Assembly (NCBI RefSeq): GCF_006345805.1
Contig: NC_043004.1
Coordinates: forward strand, 6,262,001-6,326,000
Reading direction: 5' to 3'
Source of the DNA: Octopus sinensis
Lineage: Eukaryota
DNA: 64,000 bases
The notes beneath the pieces are model-generated. The model was not told the DNA's origin, did not search any database, and saw nothing but the letters and a program-made list of their open reading frames with translations. The position numbers and the translations under genes are program-made. Shown piece by piece: positions 12,431-25,289 of the stretch (the first letter of the stretch is position 1; each line of letters starts with the position of its first letter).

Positions 12431-13987
12431 AGTAATATGTCATATAAGATTTTAGAGATGAAATGCTAAGTAAGTCTAGCTTCTTATATAATATCCAACT
12501 GATTCATAAATTTGAATCTAGAATGAAATACAGTCTTTACCAGTCACCAACCTCATACAGTCATATATATCAACATACAGAGAGTTACACTGTACATTAA
12601 TGGATAAAAAATGTGCTAAATGTACAGTAGAAAGAACACTCATCCTTATAAGATTGAAGAGCTGTACTGTCCTAAACTTGAGTCAGGAGCTTTTACAAGA
12701 TGTATACATTTTGACAAGTTTTTGTTATAAAACAGGAAGATGCCCCCTTCCACTCACCAAATCAGACACAGTTTAAAGCACTTTAGTCTTTCCCCTCATT
12801 CAACTACATTCCACTAGGCAATTTCTTTCAGATTTAAACACTCAACATTAAGAGTACTCTTCATTTGATAGGTTAAAGAGATGTAACCTTTATCCCCCCT
12901 TTCCCTTTACATTTTCCTCTCATTTCTTTTCTCATTATTTATTCTTGCTTTTTCTCATATTTTCTCATAGAGTAACCATGTCATTTGAGCCTGAACTCTT
13001 GCCAAATCATCTACAGTATGTTCTGAGAGCTTGTCTGATAACTGCACTAACCAAACATGAAACTCAAAGTGGCTCACATATGACTCCTGTATTAATTAAA
13101 TGATACTTATCTCTTGCTAGATAGAGTTCATTTTTACTGATCCTACCGACAAGCAAATAGTACACTCTGTGTGTGTGTGTTCACATGTTCAACTGTTAAA
13201 ACAATTTGAATGTTAAATGTGTATAACAATAATAATGATAAATACCTTTACTGTAGTTATATACAATTACCATTTAGGAATTAATTAAATAACAATAACA
13301 TTTGAAATAACTTCTTATAGAAATAGCTAATAACATTAAAATAGGTCTCCAGTAATTAACGTGCTTAAAGCTAATGAAGAATCAAAATTACAAAGGATCA
13401 CAGCTGAAAAACATCTTAGAAATATAAAACTTTAATTAAGCTAAGAAACTATTTTGGGGGTGAGATTTCACTTAAGGAACAATGCTAAGAGATTGTCTTA
13501 TATTTCACTTATTGGCTTTGATCCAAAAATAATATAGAATGTAATGCTGCCATAACTCTTCATCAATTGAACCAACTATATCTAACCTAAATATTCAACC
13601 TGTTTTATACTAAAACTGACCACATTAAACCTCTCATACTTACCCTACAATGTCATTCTAAAAATAAACAATCACATAGCATTAGAGTTATTTTCCTTGT
13701 CTTTATTATATATATATTTTTTTATTTTAGACATTCCATGGCGGTTTTTAACCTATTAATTACAAAGAATAATTTAAAAATTTCAACTCAGTATGTGAGA
13801 TCCAACCATATAGGTACAATTATATATTATGAAAATTTAACAGCACAGAAATAGTAAGTTTTATACAAATATTTTACATGTTACGAGTGATCCAAAATTA
13901 ATTAAAAAAAAAAAGAAATGTTTAATCAGCCCCACTCACTCAAGTAGAAGTACTAAAACATTAGTATAAATCCTATATAAATGGGAT

Positions 13988-14170
13988 AGGCATATCTGTG
14001 TGGTTAAGAAGCTCACTTTGCAACCACACAGTTTCAGGTTCAGTCCCACTGCATGGCACTTAGGCCAGGTGTCTTCTACTATAACTTCTGGCCGACCAAA
14101 GCCTTCTGAGTGGATTTGGTAGACAGAAGTTGTGCGGAAACTTTCTTTCAGACTTATGTTTTTTACAGAT

Positions 14171-14223
<53 letters not shown>

Positions 14224-14436
14224 GTATGTGTGTGCCTGTGCTTGGCTTGTCCCCTATCACCATTTAACAACTGGTGTTTGTTTACGGCCCTCACTTAGTG
14301 GTTTGGCAAAAGAGGTCAGTAGAATAAGCACCAAATTTCAAGAAATAGGTTCTGGGGTCGATTTGTTTGATTAAATCTTTGAACACATTGCCATAGCATG
14401 GCCACAGTTCAACAATTGAAACAAGTAAAAGATTAA
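13988..14436 (+). mobile_element. SINE family A
   Basis: Colinear similarity with internal (TA)n(CA)n. Confidence 0.85.
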
Positions 14437-15789
14437 AAAATAAAGATAACAGAAATCTGTATTGAATTTATAGAAAATAACATTACTACAACTGCATGTG
14501 TGGGAATGGGGTGCTTGTGTGTGTGTGTTTTTAGAGATATTGTAACATAAATTGATTTATTTGAAGAATGGACTTATAAATGAAATGAAGTATTTCAAAA
14601 CGACCTCCTATCTTCAATGGAAGGAAAAAGAGAAAAAACCTCTTTGATAAAGGTCATACATCATCATAAATATAGAGGCTTTTGTGTGATCATTTACAAA
14701 AAAGCATGCATTTAGTCGGAATTAATTATTAATTATAAGTATTAAAAGTCATTAAATGTTCCGTATTTTTAGAAATACTGTCGATGAGTGAAAATAAAAT
14801 ATCATCTGTACTTCAAAGAGGCCAAACTCAAAATAGTTCAAGTTACTAACAAATCCAACAGTCCATAAACACAAAATGATAGACAAGAGATGACTGGATC
14901 ATGAATGCACATGGCCTAGTGGTTAGGGTTGTACTCGTGGTCATAAGATCATGGTTTCAATTCCCTGAAAGTAACTGGCCTTGTTCATAAATTAAGCTTC
15001 AGGTCAGCACCGATCAAATACACCTATGGTCCAAGTTATTTCAACAGCTGTTATCTCTCCCTTTCTTCAGGAATAGAGTATTTAGATGTGACGATGCATG
15101 CCCTGGTGATTAATAGCAACTCATGATTGCAAGATTGTAGCTTTGATTCCAAGACTAGGCAGGGTGTTGCATTATTACTCTAGTTCACTCAGCTGAAAAT
15201 AAGTTCCAGCTATAACCAGGAAGTTAACACTACAACAGACCAGTGTCCTGTTCAAGAAGAGTAAGTGTTATAATCTTAGTCACTTATGTACCATGGGAGC
15301 CAGGTTAAGGTCCAGTTTTATGTGTCCTAAGACTTGAGACAGTTTCAAGACTAAGTCAAAGATGACTGGACACAGCTGACAAAAACTAACCAAAAGAGCA
15401 ACAGTTCATAAAGTGCTGTCAGGCCAAGCATTGCGTTCTGTCTGTGACAAGGATTTTGAACACTAAACAGACCCAGTCAACCTAGTTGTAAACAAGAACC
15501 ACAAGGTAGGAACATCTTGGCACTTCAAATAGTTATAACTCTATAAAACTGACAAGAACATTCACAAATGGTAAGCCACTCCAATTGATACCACTTATAA
15601 CTGGGACATCCCTGATTGAGTAGACTTATAATTAAAGACATTCTAGCCATGACCACACATTTTCTCAACCAAAGTATTCTTTCTGATTATCTTATCCAAT
15701 GCGTTCCTCTTTTCACAAGTTAAGAGTAATCTGAGGGAGATTTGGTTGCTGTTTCTAGCAAATCAAGCAATCGTATAAAGCACTCTTAC

Positions 15790-15915
15790 TGAATGAATAC
15801 GCCAAATGAAGACCAGTTCTTCAGCAGTATCCCAACAACCAATAGATTAATGGTTCTCCCTGACGATGGTCTATAACTAGAGTCTTCAGAGTTGCCAATT
15901 TTTTTTTCTATCTCT
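15790..15915 (-). other. Candidate internal exon, 126 nt, phase 2-2
   Basis: TTTTATTGATTTTAG acceptor, CA/GTAAGA donor, open frame EIEKKIGNSEDSSYRPSSGRTINLLVVGILLKNWSSFGVFI; protein not recognised. Confidence 0.25.
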
Positions 15916-16221
15916 CTAAAATCAATAAAAACTCAACAAACATTTATGAAAATATCTGATGTAGAATTTTTGATGAGAGATAAAGTAGATAAAGATGAAT
16001 GCATGTTACTACAGTTATTTCAGCCAGAACTATGAGCTGTTGGTAATAAATATGTAATTACATCTTATTTCAGTGTAAATAGTTGTTTTGCAATAAAGCC
16101 ACATTTTAAAAGGACAAAAAAATTACTTGTGTTATGAAGTATTTATCTAATGACCAATGTGAATAAGACCAACAACCAGTTAGCAATAAAAAAAAAACAA
16201 AGTCTGCAATTCCCTTAACTG

Positions 16222-17280
16222 AATAATAATAATAATAATGATAATAATCCTTTTTACTAAAGGCACAAGAGGGAGGGGGCTAATCAATTATATCGACTCC
16301 CCCACTATTTTTAACTGGTACTTCTTTTATCAACCATGGAAGAATGAAAGGTAAAGTCAACCTCAGCAGAATTTTGAACTCAGAACGTAAAGACAAATGA
16401 AAAGCTACTAAACATTTATCCCAGTGTGCTAACAATTCTGCCAGCTCCCTGCCTTACAATAATAATAATAATAATAATCCTTTCTACTATAGGTACAAGG
16501 GATCGTCGATTACTTTGACTCCAGTACTTATTTCATCAATCTCAAAAGGATGAAAAGGTAAAGTCAACCTCAGTGGAATTTGAACTCAGAACCTAAAGAT
16601 GAATGAACTGCTGCTAAGTATTTTCTCCAATGTGTGCTAACACTTCTACCAGTTAGCCATAATAATAATAATTTCTAATTTTAGCACAAGGCCAGCAATT
16701 TTGAGGGCAGGTGGAAATCATTTAGATTCCCTAGTGCTCTACTGGTATTTATTTTATTTACCCCAAAAGGATGAAAGACAAACTCAACCTCAAGAAATAC
16801 CACAAAACATTTTGTCCGAACTGCTAATGAGTTTGCCATCATAATAATGATAATAATTCTTTCTACTATAGACAGGGGCCTGAAATTTGGTAGGGAGGGG
16901 CTAGTTGACTACATTAGCCCCAATGCTCTGTTGGAACTTTTTTTATTGATCCCAAAATGATGAAAGGCAAAGCCAGCATCGATAGCATTCGAATCAGAAT
17001 GTAAAGAGTCACAAGAAATGCTGTTTAGCATTTTGTCCAACGTGCTAATGATTCTGCCAACATGATAAACAATAATAAGCCAAATATAAATTTTAATTTT
17101 GGCAGAGGGGCAAGTCGATTACATCAACCTCCAGTCTCCAACTGGTACTTATTTATCAATCTCTAAAGGATGAAAAGCAAAGTCAACTGCAACGGAATTT
17201 GCACTCAGAATGTATAAATGGACAAAATACCGCCAAGCATTTTGCCCGGCATGCTAACGATTATGTCAGCTCACCGCCTT
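16222..17280 (-). mobile_element. Five head-to-tail SINE family B copies
   Basis: Units at about 16222, 16457, 16659, 16839 and 17061, each starting with (AAT)n and carrying the GGATGAAAG..AAAGTCAACCTC core. Confidence 0.85.
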
Positions 17281-17513
17281 AATAATAAGTCAGATATTAT
17301 TATCAAAAATCACTTAGGAAAAACATGCCCCCTAACCACAGTAGATGATGATTATCTCTCAAAGAAATGGAGAAATTATTTAAATACAAAGATCTAAACA
17401 GAATTAACCAGAAAAAAAGAGTATGGAGACATAGTCCTTATAATGAAATGTGCCTTGGGAATTATTTAAAAAAGAGATGCAGACAAATATATAACCAAAA
17501 CCTCAGCACTTAC

Positions 17514-17680
17514 AAATAAGCACAATATACAAAACATAGCATCGTTTGACACTGCACACATTATGCGGAGTGCCATCAATGCAACAGAAAACACAAAAAC
17601 CAAAACAAAACACTGCACACACCAAAAGTGCAGAGCTGCATTCAATAGTGCAATGAAAGCACACAATAAAAATAAGACTA
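17514..17680 (-). other. Candidate exon, 167 nt
   Basis: ATTATTTTTCAG acceptor, TTT/GTAAGTG donor; two open frames, both hydrophobic or Cys-rich, in T/G-rich sequence. Confidence 0.2.
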
Positions 17681-19032
17681 CTGAAAAATAATAATAGCAT
17701 TAAAAACAATAATAGTAATAATAATTTGAATATATTTTTTTCAATAGAAACTAAATCTTTATTCTAAAAATAAGGATTTTTTTGTTTGTTTTTTCCCCAG
17801 AATTTTAGTGGTACTTATCGCTACCTACAAATGGATAGCAAACAAAATTGACTTTTAGTATGAATTGAACCTGCATCAGAGAGACCTTGTACTAATCATC
17901 ATAGAGTATATGTCTAGTCCAAAATGGGGTAAAGCAAATTGCTTTGTAATCCTGAATGTCACCTCTTGTGAAGGTGGAAGATCATAAACAGATTGCCTCA
18001 GTAGCCTTATTGCCTTATTATTAGATATATCAGCAGATCCATCCCAAGGAACTGTCAAAGGTTGAGAATGATTTCAAAATAAATTTTCAAAGACAACAAA
18101 TGTATCTTTATTTTTCATACAAATTACAGAGTTTTTTTTTTTTAAATAGAAATGCTGAAGTTCTACTTCTGCTAAATATAATAGTGATCATCAAATAAAG
18201 CAATCTACCAATCAGTATAATATTTTGATAATTACAAAAGGGAAGAAATTTTGCAAAAAAATTTTTTTTTTTAATGTAAAGGCAGCAGGTAAAAAATTTA
18301 TTTTGTGCAATTATGGAAAATTATTTGAATTAAAATATTCTAGTTTAAAGAAAAATAAGTAAATAGTTAGGAAAATGCAGTTTATCTTTAAATGTCTCAA
18401 TGAAAAAAATAAACAAAGCATTCTTTTACTCAAAGTGTAGGTTTCAGGAAGAAGTGTAGGTTTCTTAATCAAAAATATTTAACACAGCAACAGTGTCCCA
18501 CATGCATGACTGACATTGAAGAAAGTTATATAACCCCCATGATAAAAATAAATATAATAAACAGCCTCACTACAAAACTACAGTAGCACACCACTCTCCA
18601 AAGGGCAGTGGTTGCAGTGATGTAGGCGGTGAGTAATACTATGCCAATGTACACAACGAGCACAAGCTAAGAGAAAGAAGCAGATCTGCACATATTTAAA
18701 TATATGTCTGCTTGTTACAAAGGTCACTGGTGAAACAAAAAGAACCTGTTGTTCTCCTTGGATGTCCTTTCAGGTTATATAAAACGTGGATAGCTGCTTG
18801 CTTACTCATTAAAGCATAAATGAATCAGTTTGGTAGACTGACTGATAGTTTTGTTAGTACAGAAGAGGATGCAATTATTTGTTTTCTAGTGTTTTCTTTA
18901 CCTAAATGTCATACTCTAATAATCTACACAGACAGCATCAACTAAAGAAGGCTTTGCAAAGATGCATTTTTTTTTTGTAATAAATATCAATATAAACTAT
19001 CAAAATAGATGAGAAAAAAAAAACTTGATTAC

Positions 19033-19255
19033 CTGATCCAGAAACAACATCACATATAGATAGATAGTCCACTAATAATAAATAGTAGCAGCACTAGTAG
19101 TCCTCTCAATGTAGCAGCAAGTGGAAGCTTGCTTCTGCAGTGCACTCACTCCCTCACTCATTCTCTATCAATAAAACAGAGGCTGACATATCAATATGTT
19201 GCCACAACATACAACAGCTGACTTGAAATTCTGCTGCTGCATGTACAATCTTCAT
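19033..19255 (-). other. Candidate non-coding or UTR exon, 223 nt
   Basis: GTTGTTTCTCTCAG acceptor and CAG/GTAATC donor; stops in all three frames. Confidence 0.3.
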
Positions 19256-20225
19256 CTGAGAGAAACAACATTCTTAAATAATTATAATTCAAAGAGAATC
19301 TTTCAACAAATATAAGAAAAAAAGGGAGACAAATACAAGGCTACAAAATCAAATGTCAATATTATTGATTTTGATTCTTTGACAAAGCATTTAGATTCCA
19401 GTCCAAAACAATATCAACAGCCCCATCAATGGGACAGTATTATTAATAAAAATAGAGCATTTATTCATTTCTCTTGATAGATGTCATACAAAGAAAACCA
19501 TTTCACTTAAAAAAATATCTCAAGAGAATTGCCAAAGGGATCTGAAGGAAATATTATCTTCTTTAAAATTGCAAAGAAGGGAAGGAAAATTAATTGGTAT
19601 AATAATAATAATGATTTCTTTATCTTTATTATTTATTAACAACAACAACTGGATCAATGATTCAATGAAGTTTTTCAAAATTGGGGTAATTTCCCAAAAA
19701 TTTAGGAAAACAGAACTAATGAGGGTAGCTTCTATAAAGTTGGTCATTCAACCTGCTAGAAATAGTAGTCAAAAATCTCCAACAAATTGTGTTACTATCT
19801 TAAAAATAAGGATTTATAAGATAATAATATAAATGGTCAGAATACATAATCTTTATTTATCCCTGGGCATTAGTGTCTCGAGTTCTAAGACTCATAGGGG
19901 CCAGTTACGTAGTCTCCAAGGTGCATAAGGGACCAAGATCGCAATATTCAAGAATGCATTAACCAATATGGGAATTGAAACCACAATCTTGCAATCGTGA
20001 GTGCAACATCCTAATCACTAGGATATGTATCTTTACATCTAAATACTCAATTACTAGGGAAAAAGGAGGAGGGGGAGCCATAAGAATACTTCCAATCATA
20101 TGTGGGTTTGATCGGCACTGACCTGAAGCTTAATTTATGAACAAGACCAACTATTTTGAGGGGAGGGATTAATTGATACCATTATTTGACTGGTACTTTA
20201 TTTCATCAATGATGGAGGGATGAAA

Positions 20226-20450
20226 GCGGCGAACTGGCAGAAACGTTAATGCGATGAGCGAAATGCTTAGCAGTATTTCATCTGCCATTACATTCTGGTT
20301 TCAAATTCTGCCGAGGTCGACTTTGCCTTTCAACCTTTCGGGGTTGATAAATTAAGTACCAGTTACGCACTGGGGTCGATGTAATCAACTTAATCCCTTT
20401 GTCCTTGTTTGTCCCCTTTATGTTTAGCCCTTTGTGGGCAGTAAAGAAAT
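20226..20450 (+). mobile_element. SINE family B, relatively intact plus-strand copy
   Basis: GCGGCGAACTGGCAGAAACGTTA head; GAGGTCGACTTTGCCTTTCAACCTTTCGGGGTTGATAAA central domain. Confidence 0.85.
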
Positions 20451-20808
20451 AAGAAACAATGGAGGGATGAAAATTAAAGTTGATTCCATCAAGAATTGGA
20501 TCCAGAACATAAACGAGCTGGAAGAAATACAAGACACACCAACAATTCTACCAGCTTGCTGCCACATTATGGAACTTAAAATAATGATTTCGACCTTCGG
20601 TAAAAGGCCAGCAGTTTTTGAGAGAAGGGAGCTAGTCAATTACACTAACCCCCAGCACTTGACTGGTACTTATTTCATTGACCCTGAAAGGGTGAAAAGT
20701 TGGCTTTGGTAGAATTTGAACTTAGAATCCAAAGACAGATGAAATGCTGCTAAGCATTTTGTCTAGCATGCAAATGATTCTGCCAGCTCACCATATAATA
20801 GCTACACA

Positions 20809-20962
20809 GAGCAGGAGTGGCTGTGTGGGAAGTAGCTTGCTTACCAATCACATGGTTCCAGGTTCAGTCCCACTGTGTGGCACCTTTGGTGAGTGTCTTC
20901 TACTATAGCCTTGGGCCAACCAAAGCTTTGTGAGTGGATTTGATAGACGGAAACTGAAAGAA

Positions 20963-21019
<57 letters not shown>

Positions 21020-21215
21020 TGTGTTTGTCCCCCTACCATCACTTGAGAACCGATGTTGTGTTTATGTCCCTGTAACTTAGCGGATCGGCAAAAAAGACCG
21101 ATAGAATAAGTGCTAGGCTTACAAAGAATAAGTCCTGGGGTCATTTTGTTCAACTAAAGGTGGTACTCCAGCATGGTTGCAGTCAAATGACTGAAACAAG
21201 TCAAAGAACAAAAGA
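20809..21215 (+). mobile_element. SINE family A
   Basis: Full colinear similarity. Confidence 0.9.
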
Positions 21216-22589
21216 AAAGAATACCAAACAATGTTTACACAACATATGACAAATTCATAATATAAGAAATGCTTTTGTATGTTTGAATTAATTTAAAGAA
21301 TAGATGTTTTTGGTCCTTCACCCAATCTCCTCCTCAAATCACCCCCTTTCCCATCCATGCATCATCTCTCTCACTGCAACTCTTCTTCGATACCACTTTT
21401 CTTGCTAACGGAAATCATTTCACTTATTCTTTCTTCATCTATTATTAAAAACCGTTCCCTCTACGGACGTTTTACATAGATCACCCACTACCACCACTGA
21501 ACCAACAAATTAACCACCGCCTCCACATGTCTTTCCCTTTCCTCCTGCAAAATGCCTGCCACCCTCTCCCCTGTCTCCGGCAACCTACCCAACCACATGT
21601 CATTTCCCCTCTCGTCCTCTTGTCTATTATGTCATTATTACCATCTAGTCTCTCCTTCCTCTTCCTGCTCTCTTCTGTATCCCACAACCTCCCCCCTATA
21701 CCAGCCTGTGCATCATTGGTGATTCCTCCTTTCCTTTATCTATTATTACCAACATCCGCCCTTCAACATTATCCAATCTTTAGTTGCTACTTACCTCTCC
21801 TTTCTTTACCCATTTTCCCATCTCTCGCTACCCCATATACTCTCGAAAACCTCACTGATCAACACTCATAGTTCACCTGTCCCCATTCACTTCTACTCAC
21901 CTCATACCTTGAGGCAGTACCTGGACACTGAATCACTATTGCTTATCTCTTTGCAGCTCCAACTGATCTCTCTCTCTCCTAAATGAGAGTAGCCGTGTAA
22001 CTCCTCTACACCAAAAACCTGCTGTCCCTTTCCTTCATCTCCCAACACAAAGTTGCCTCCACTTCTCAAGGTCCATAGCCTAGCAGCCACATGGCCACCT
22101 CACTAGTTCTGGTGGCATAGAAAAGTATCTGGTGGTACCCTAAGGGTATCCAGTGGTATCCTTAGGAAGGGTATCTAACTGTAGAAACCCATATCAGGAC
22201 AATTACCCCACCTCCATAGGACAATTCCCTCCGTCAATAATTACCTGCCTTGGTTAATTACCTCCTCTCCAATATATTAAGAAGTTTTAAATCATCTGTT
22301 GTCCTCAGGGCTAATTTCCTTGCGGGGGGGGGGGGGGGTTCCATGAGAGAGGGGGGGATAAATGTCCTAGATTCGTAGAAACCATGCCAAATCAGACACT
22401 TAAGCACAATACAGTCCTTGGACTTATCAGAACCTGTTAGATTGTCCAACCCATGCCAGAATGGAATGTAGATGTTAAATGAAGGGATTTGAACCACTAA
22501 TCAGTCAACACATACAGTCATTAGACTGCAGACATGCTGGGGCATTGCCATAAAGAGTTAGTTGAAAAAAATTGACCCCAGTACGTTTT

Positions 22590-22912
22590 TTTTTTTAATT
22601 TATAAGCCTGGCACTTATTCTATTGTTCCTTCTTGTTGAATTGCTAAGTTATGGAGATGTAAACAAACCAACACCAGTTGTCAAGTGATGATAAAGACAA
22701 GCACAATGGTGTACACACACACACACACACACAGATCTATGCATAAATATATACAACAGGCTTCATTCAGTTTCCATACACCAAATCCACTCAGAAGGCT
22801 TTAGCCAGCTCAAGACTATAGTAGAAGACACTTGCCCAAGGTGCCACACAGTGGGACTGAAGCCGGAACCATGTGGTTGGGAAGCAAACTTCTTACCATG
22901 CAGCCACGCCTA
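22590..22912 (-). mobile_element. SINE family A
   Basis: Reverse-complement similarity. Confidence 0.85.
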
Positions 22913-23615
22913 CACATGACTGTTTTTTTTTTTTATTATTTACATTGTCTAATGTGGTACTGAAAACTATAGGTCTTCTCCAATCAGATTTTATTATAAA
23001 ATCTAATTACTTGTGAGAATCAGTTGTGTAAATCATACAAGTAGTCTTCAGAATTTAATGTTGATTTTACAAAGCTACCACAGATTAGGCAGATGTATTT
23101 CTGCTATCAAGAAAATGATAGATGAGAATAATTTTATACTTGTAATTCAGATTTACTCGTTTTTTCTTGTCTACCACTTTATAGTGACATATATCACTTA
23201 TAATTACAAACATTTAGGATTTTACTACAAAATTGCAATAATGTGGATTTTAAGAATGATCATTTATCATCGCCGTCATCATAACATCCACTTTTCTATG
23301 TTTGTATAGGTTGGACAAAATTTTGTTGAGGCGAATTCTTTTTCAGAAGGATACTCTTCCTGTCACTGACCCTCAGTTGTTTCCAAGCAAGATAATATTT
23401 ATCCATAACCAGACAGGCTTTCACAGAAGAATGGAAATGAAAGAGACATGACAGTAACACACATGCATAAATATATACATTACAGGATCTGTGGACTTCT
23501 TTACAAATCATTGGCAGGACTTAAAATGACACATTCGACATAGGCATTATGACTGACAAAGAAAGAGTAGGTTGTTGGATCCTCATACATCAAAACTGAT
23601 GGGAGAGTCCATCAT

Positions 23616-23672
<57 letters not shown>

Positions 23673-24155
23673 GAACTATATGTGAATAAATTATGAGTTT
23701 GAAGAAATTGATTATTAAATATGGAAGCGGGCTTGAGAAAACAATTTTACTTTAACATCTATTTTTTTTTTTTTATTTCTACACTGCATTCGACAAGTTA
23801 AATGTAATTATATAAAAAACATATTAATCACTAAATATTTTATACTGCGTGCCATCATTGGTTTAACATTCATTTGTATTAGGTTGAAAAAGTTACATGT
23901 TGTATTTATTTATGTATATGTGGTACTTCATTTGTAGTATTTGATTTTTTAAGATCTAGTCCAGTGCTTCAGGATTGTAATGATGTGATTATTTATTTTT
24001 AGAATGACATTGTACGGAAGGTGTGAGAGACCGGATCTAGTCAGTTTGAGCATAAAACAAGTAGAATTTTGACTGTATTCTTTATTTTTTCCACTTGTGC
24101 CAGAGGCACTGTAAAATGTCATGATTGATGCCCTTCCTCCACAGACTAAAAGATA

Positions 24156-24546
24156 TACTCTTTACTCTTTTACTTGTTTCAGTCATTTGACTGTGGCCAT
24201 GCTGGAGTACTGCCTTTAGTCGAGCAAATCGACCCCAGCACTTATTCTTTGTAAGCCTAGTATTTATTCTATCAGTCACTTTTGCCAAACCGCTAGGTTA
24301 CGGTGATGTAAACACACCAGCATCGGTTGTCAAACGATGTTGGGGGGACAAACACAGACACAAAAACACACACACATATATACGACGGGCTTCTTTCAGT
24401 TTCCATCTACCAAATCCACTCACAAGGCTTTGATCGGCCTAAGGCTATAGTAGAAAGCACTTGCCCAAGGTGCCACACAGTGGGACCGAACCCGGAACCA
24501 TGTGGTTGGTAAGCAAGCTACTTACCACACAGCCACTTCTGCACCT
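24156..24546 (-). mobile_element. SINE family A, near full length
   Basis: Reverse-complement similarity including the TACTCTTT tail. Confidence 0.9.
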
Positions 24547-25289
24547 ATATATTAAAAAATACCATTACAATGACTGATGCCTCTAATGACCAGCCCTTGT
24601 TTTATATCAGTTGCAGTCTAACTATTTCATCTAGCAAATACATACAATAAAACAATGAAAAGGCATGACAGTGGTCAATCAACCTGCCAGAAATAGCAGC
24701 CAAATTCCTCAAACCATATTGCTGTGGTCAAAACATTGGATAATGTAGTCTGAGAAACTATATCTAAAACGAAAATGGTGCTTCGATTATAAAGTTTGCT
24801 TGACTCAGCTGACCTAGAGTTAAACAACATGATCAGATCAAACTCAGATCCAATATTCCATTAGCATAAAATGTAATACTGTATCCAACTTACATCAATT
24901 TATTTTTCTTCATTATCATTTACTATCATTTTCCTATATTGACAGCTCTACAGTATAACATATTACCACTCCTCTCAATAATGAGTCATCTTGTCTATGA
25001 TGACCAACATTCTTAATTCACCACTCCTTTACATATCTTCTAGGCTAAAAATTCTTTTAGACACTTTTTCCATTCAGCCAACAGGCTGTGAATTTGTATC
25101 ACATGTCTCTACTGATATAGATATCTCTCTACTGATATAGTTATCTCTCACAAGACCTTTATTTACCAACTACTTTTTAAGCTCCTTTCTTCCCTGCAAC
25201 ACCTCCATTGGTACATCCAGAATATTACAATGAAAAGATAGGGTATAGTTGTTTGAATATTGGTAATTTGGCATAGCTGACTGGACACT

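Noticed and set aside
16222-17280. CRISPR-like or satellite array interpretation
   Set aside because: The units are diverged full SINE copies, not short identical repeats with unique spacers, and the context is eukaryotic.
21300-22100. Long C/T-rich tract with 114-aa and 62-aa ORFs
   Set aside because: Strand-skewed low-complexity sequence resembling decayed retroelement pieces (similar tracts at about 42560-42870 and 49440-49720); no catalytic motifs could be confirmed.
22324-22358. Poly-G runs as a G-quadruplex element
   Set aside because: Simple homopolymers without supporting context.
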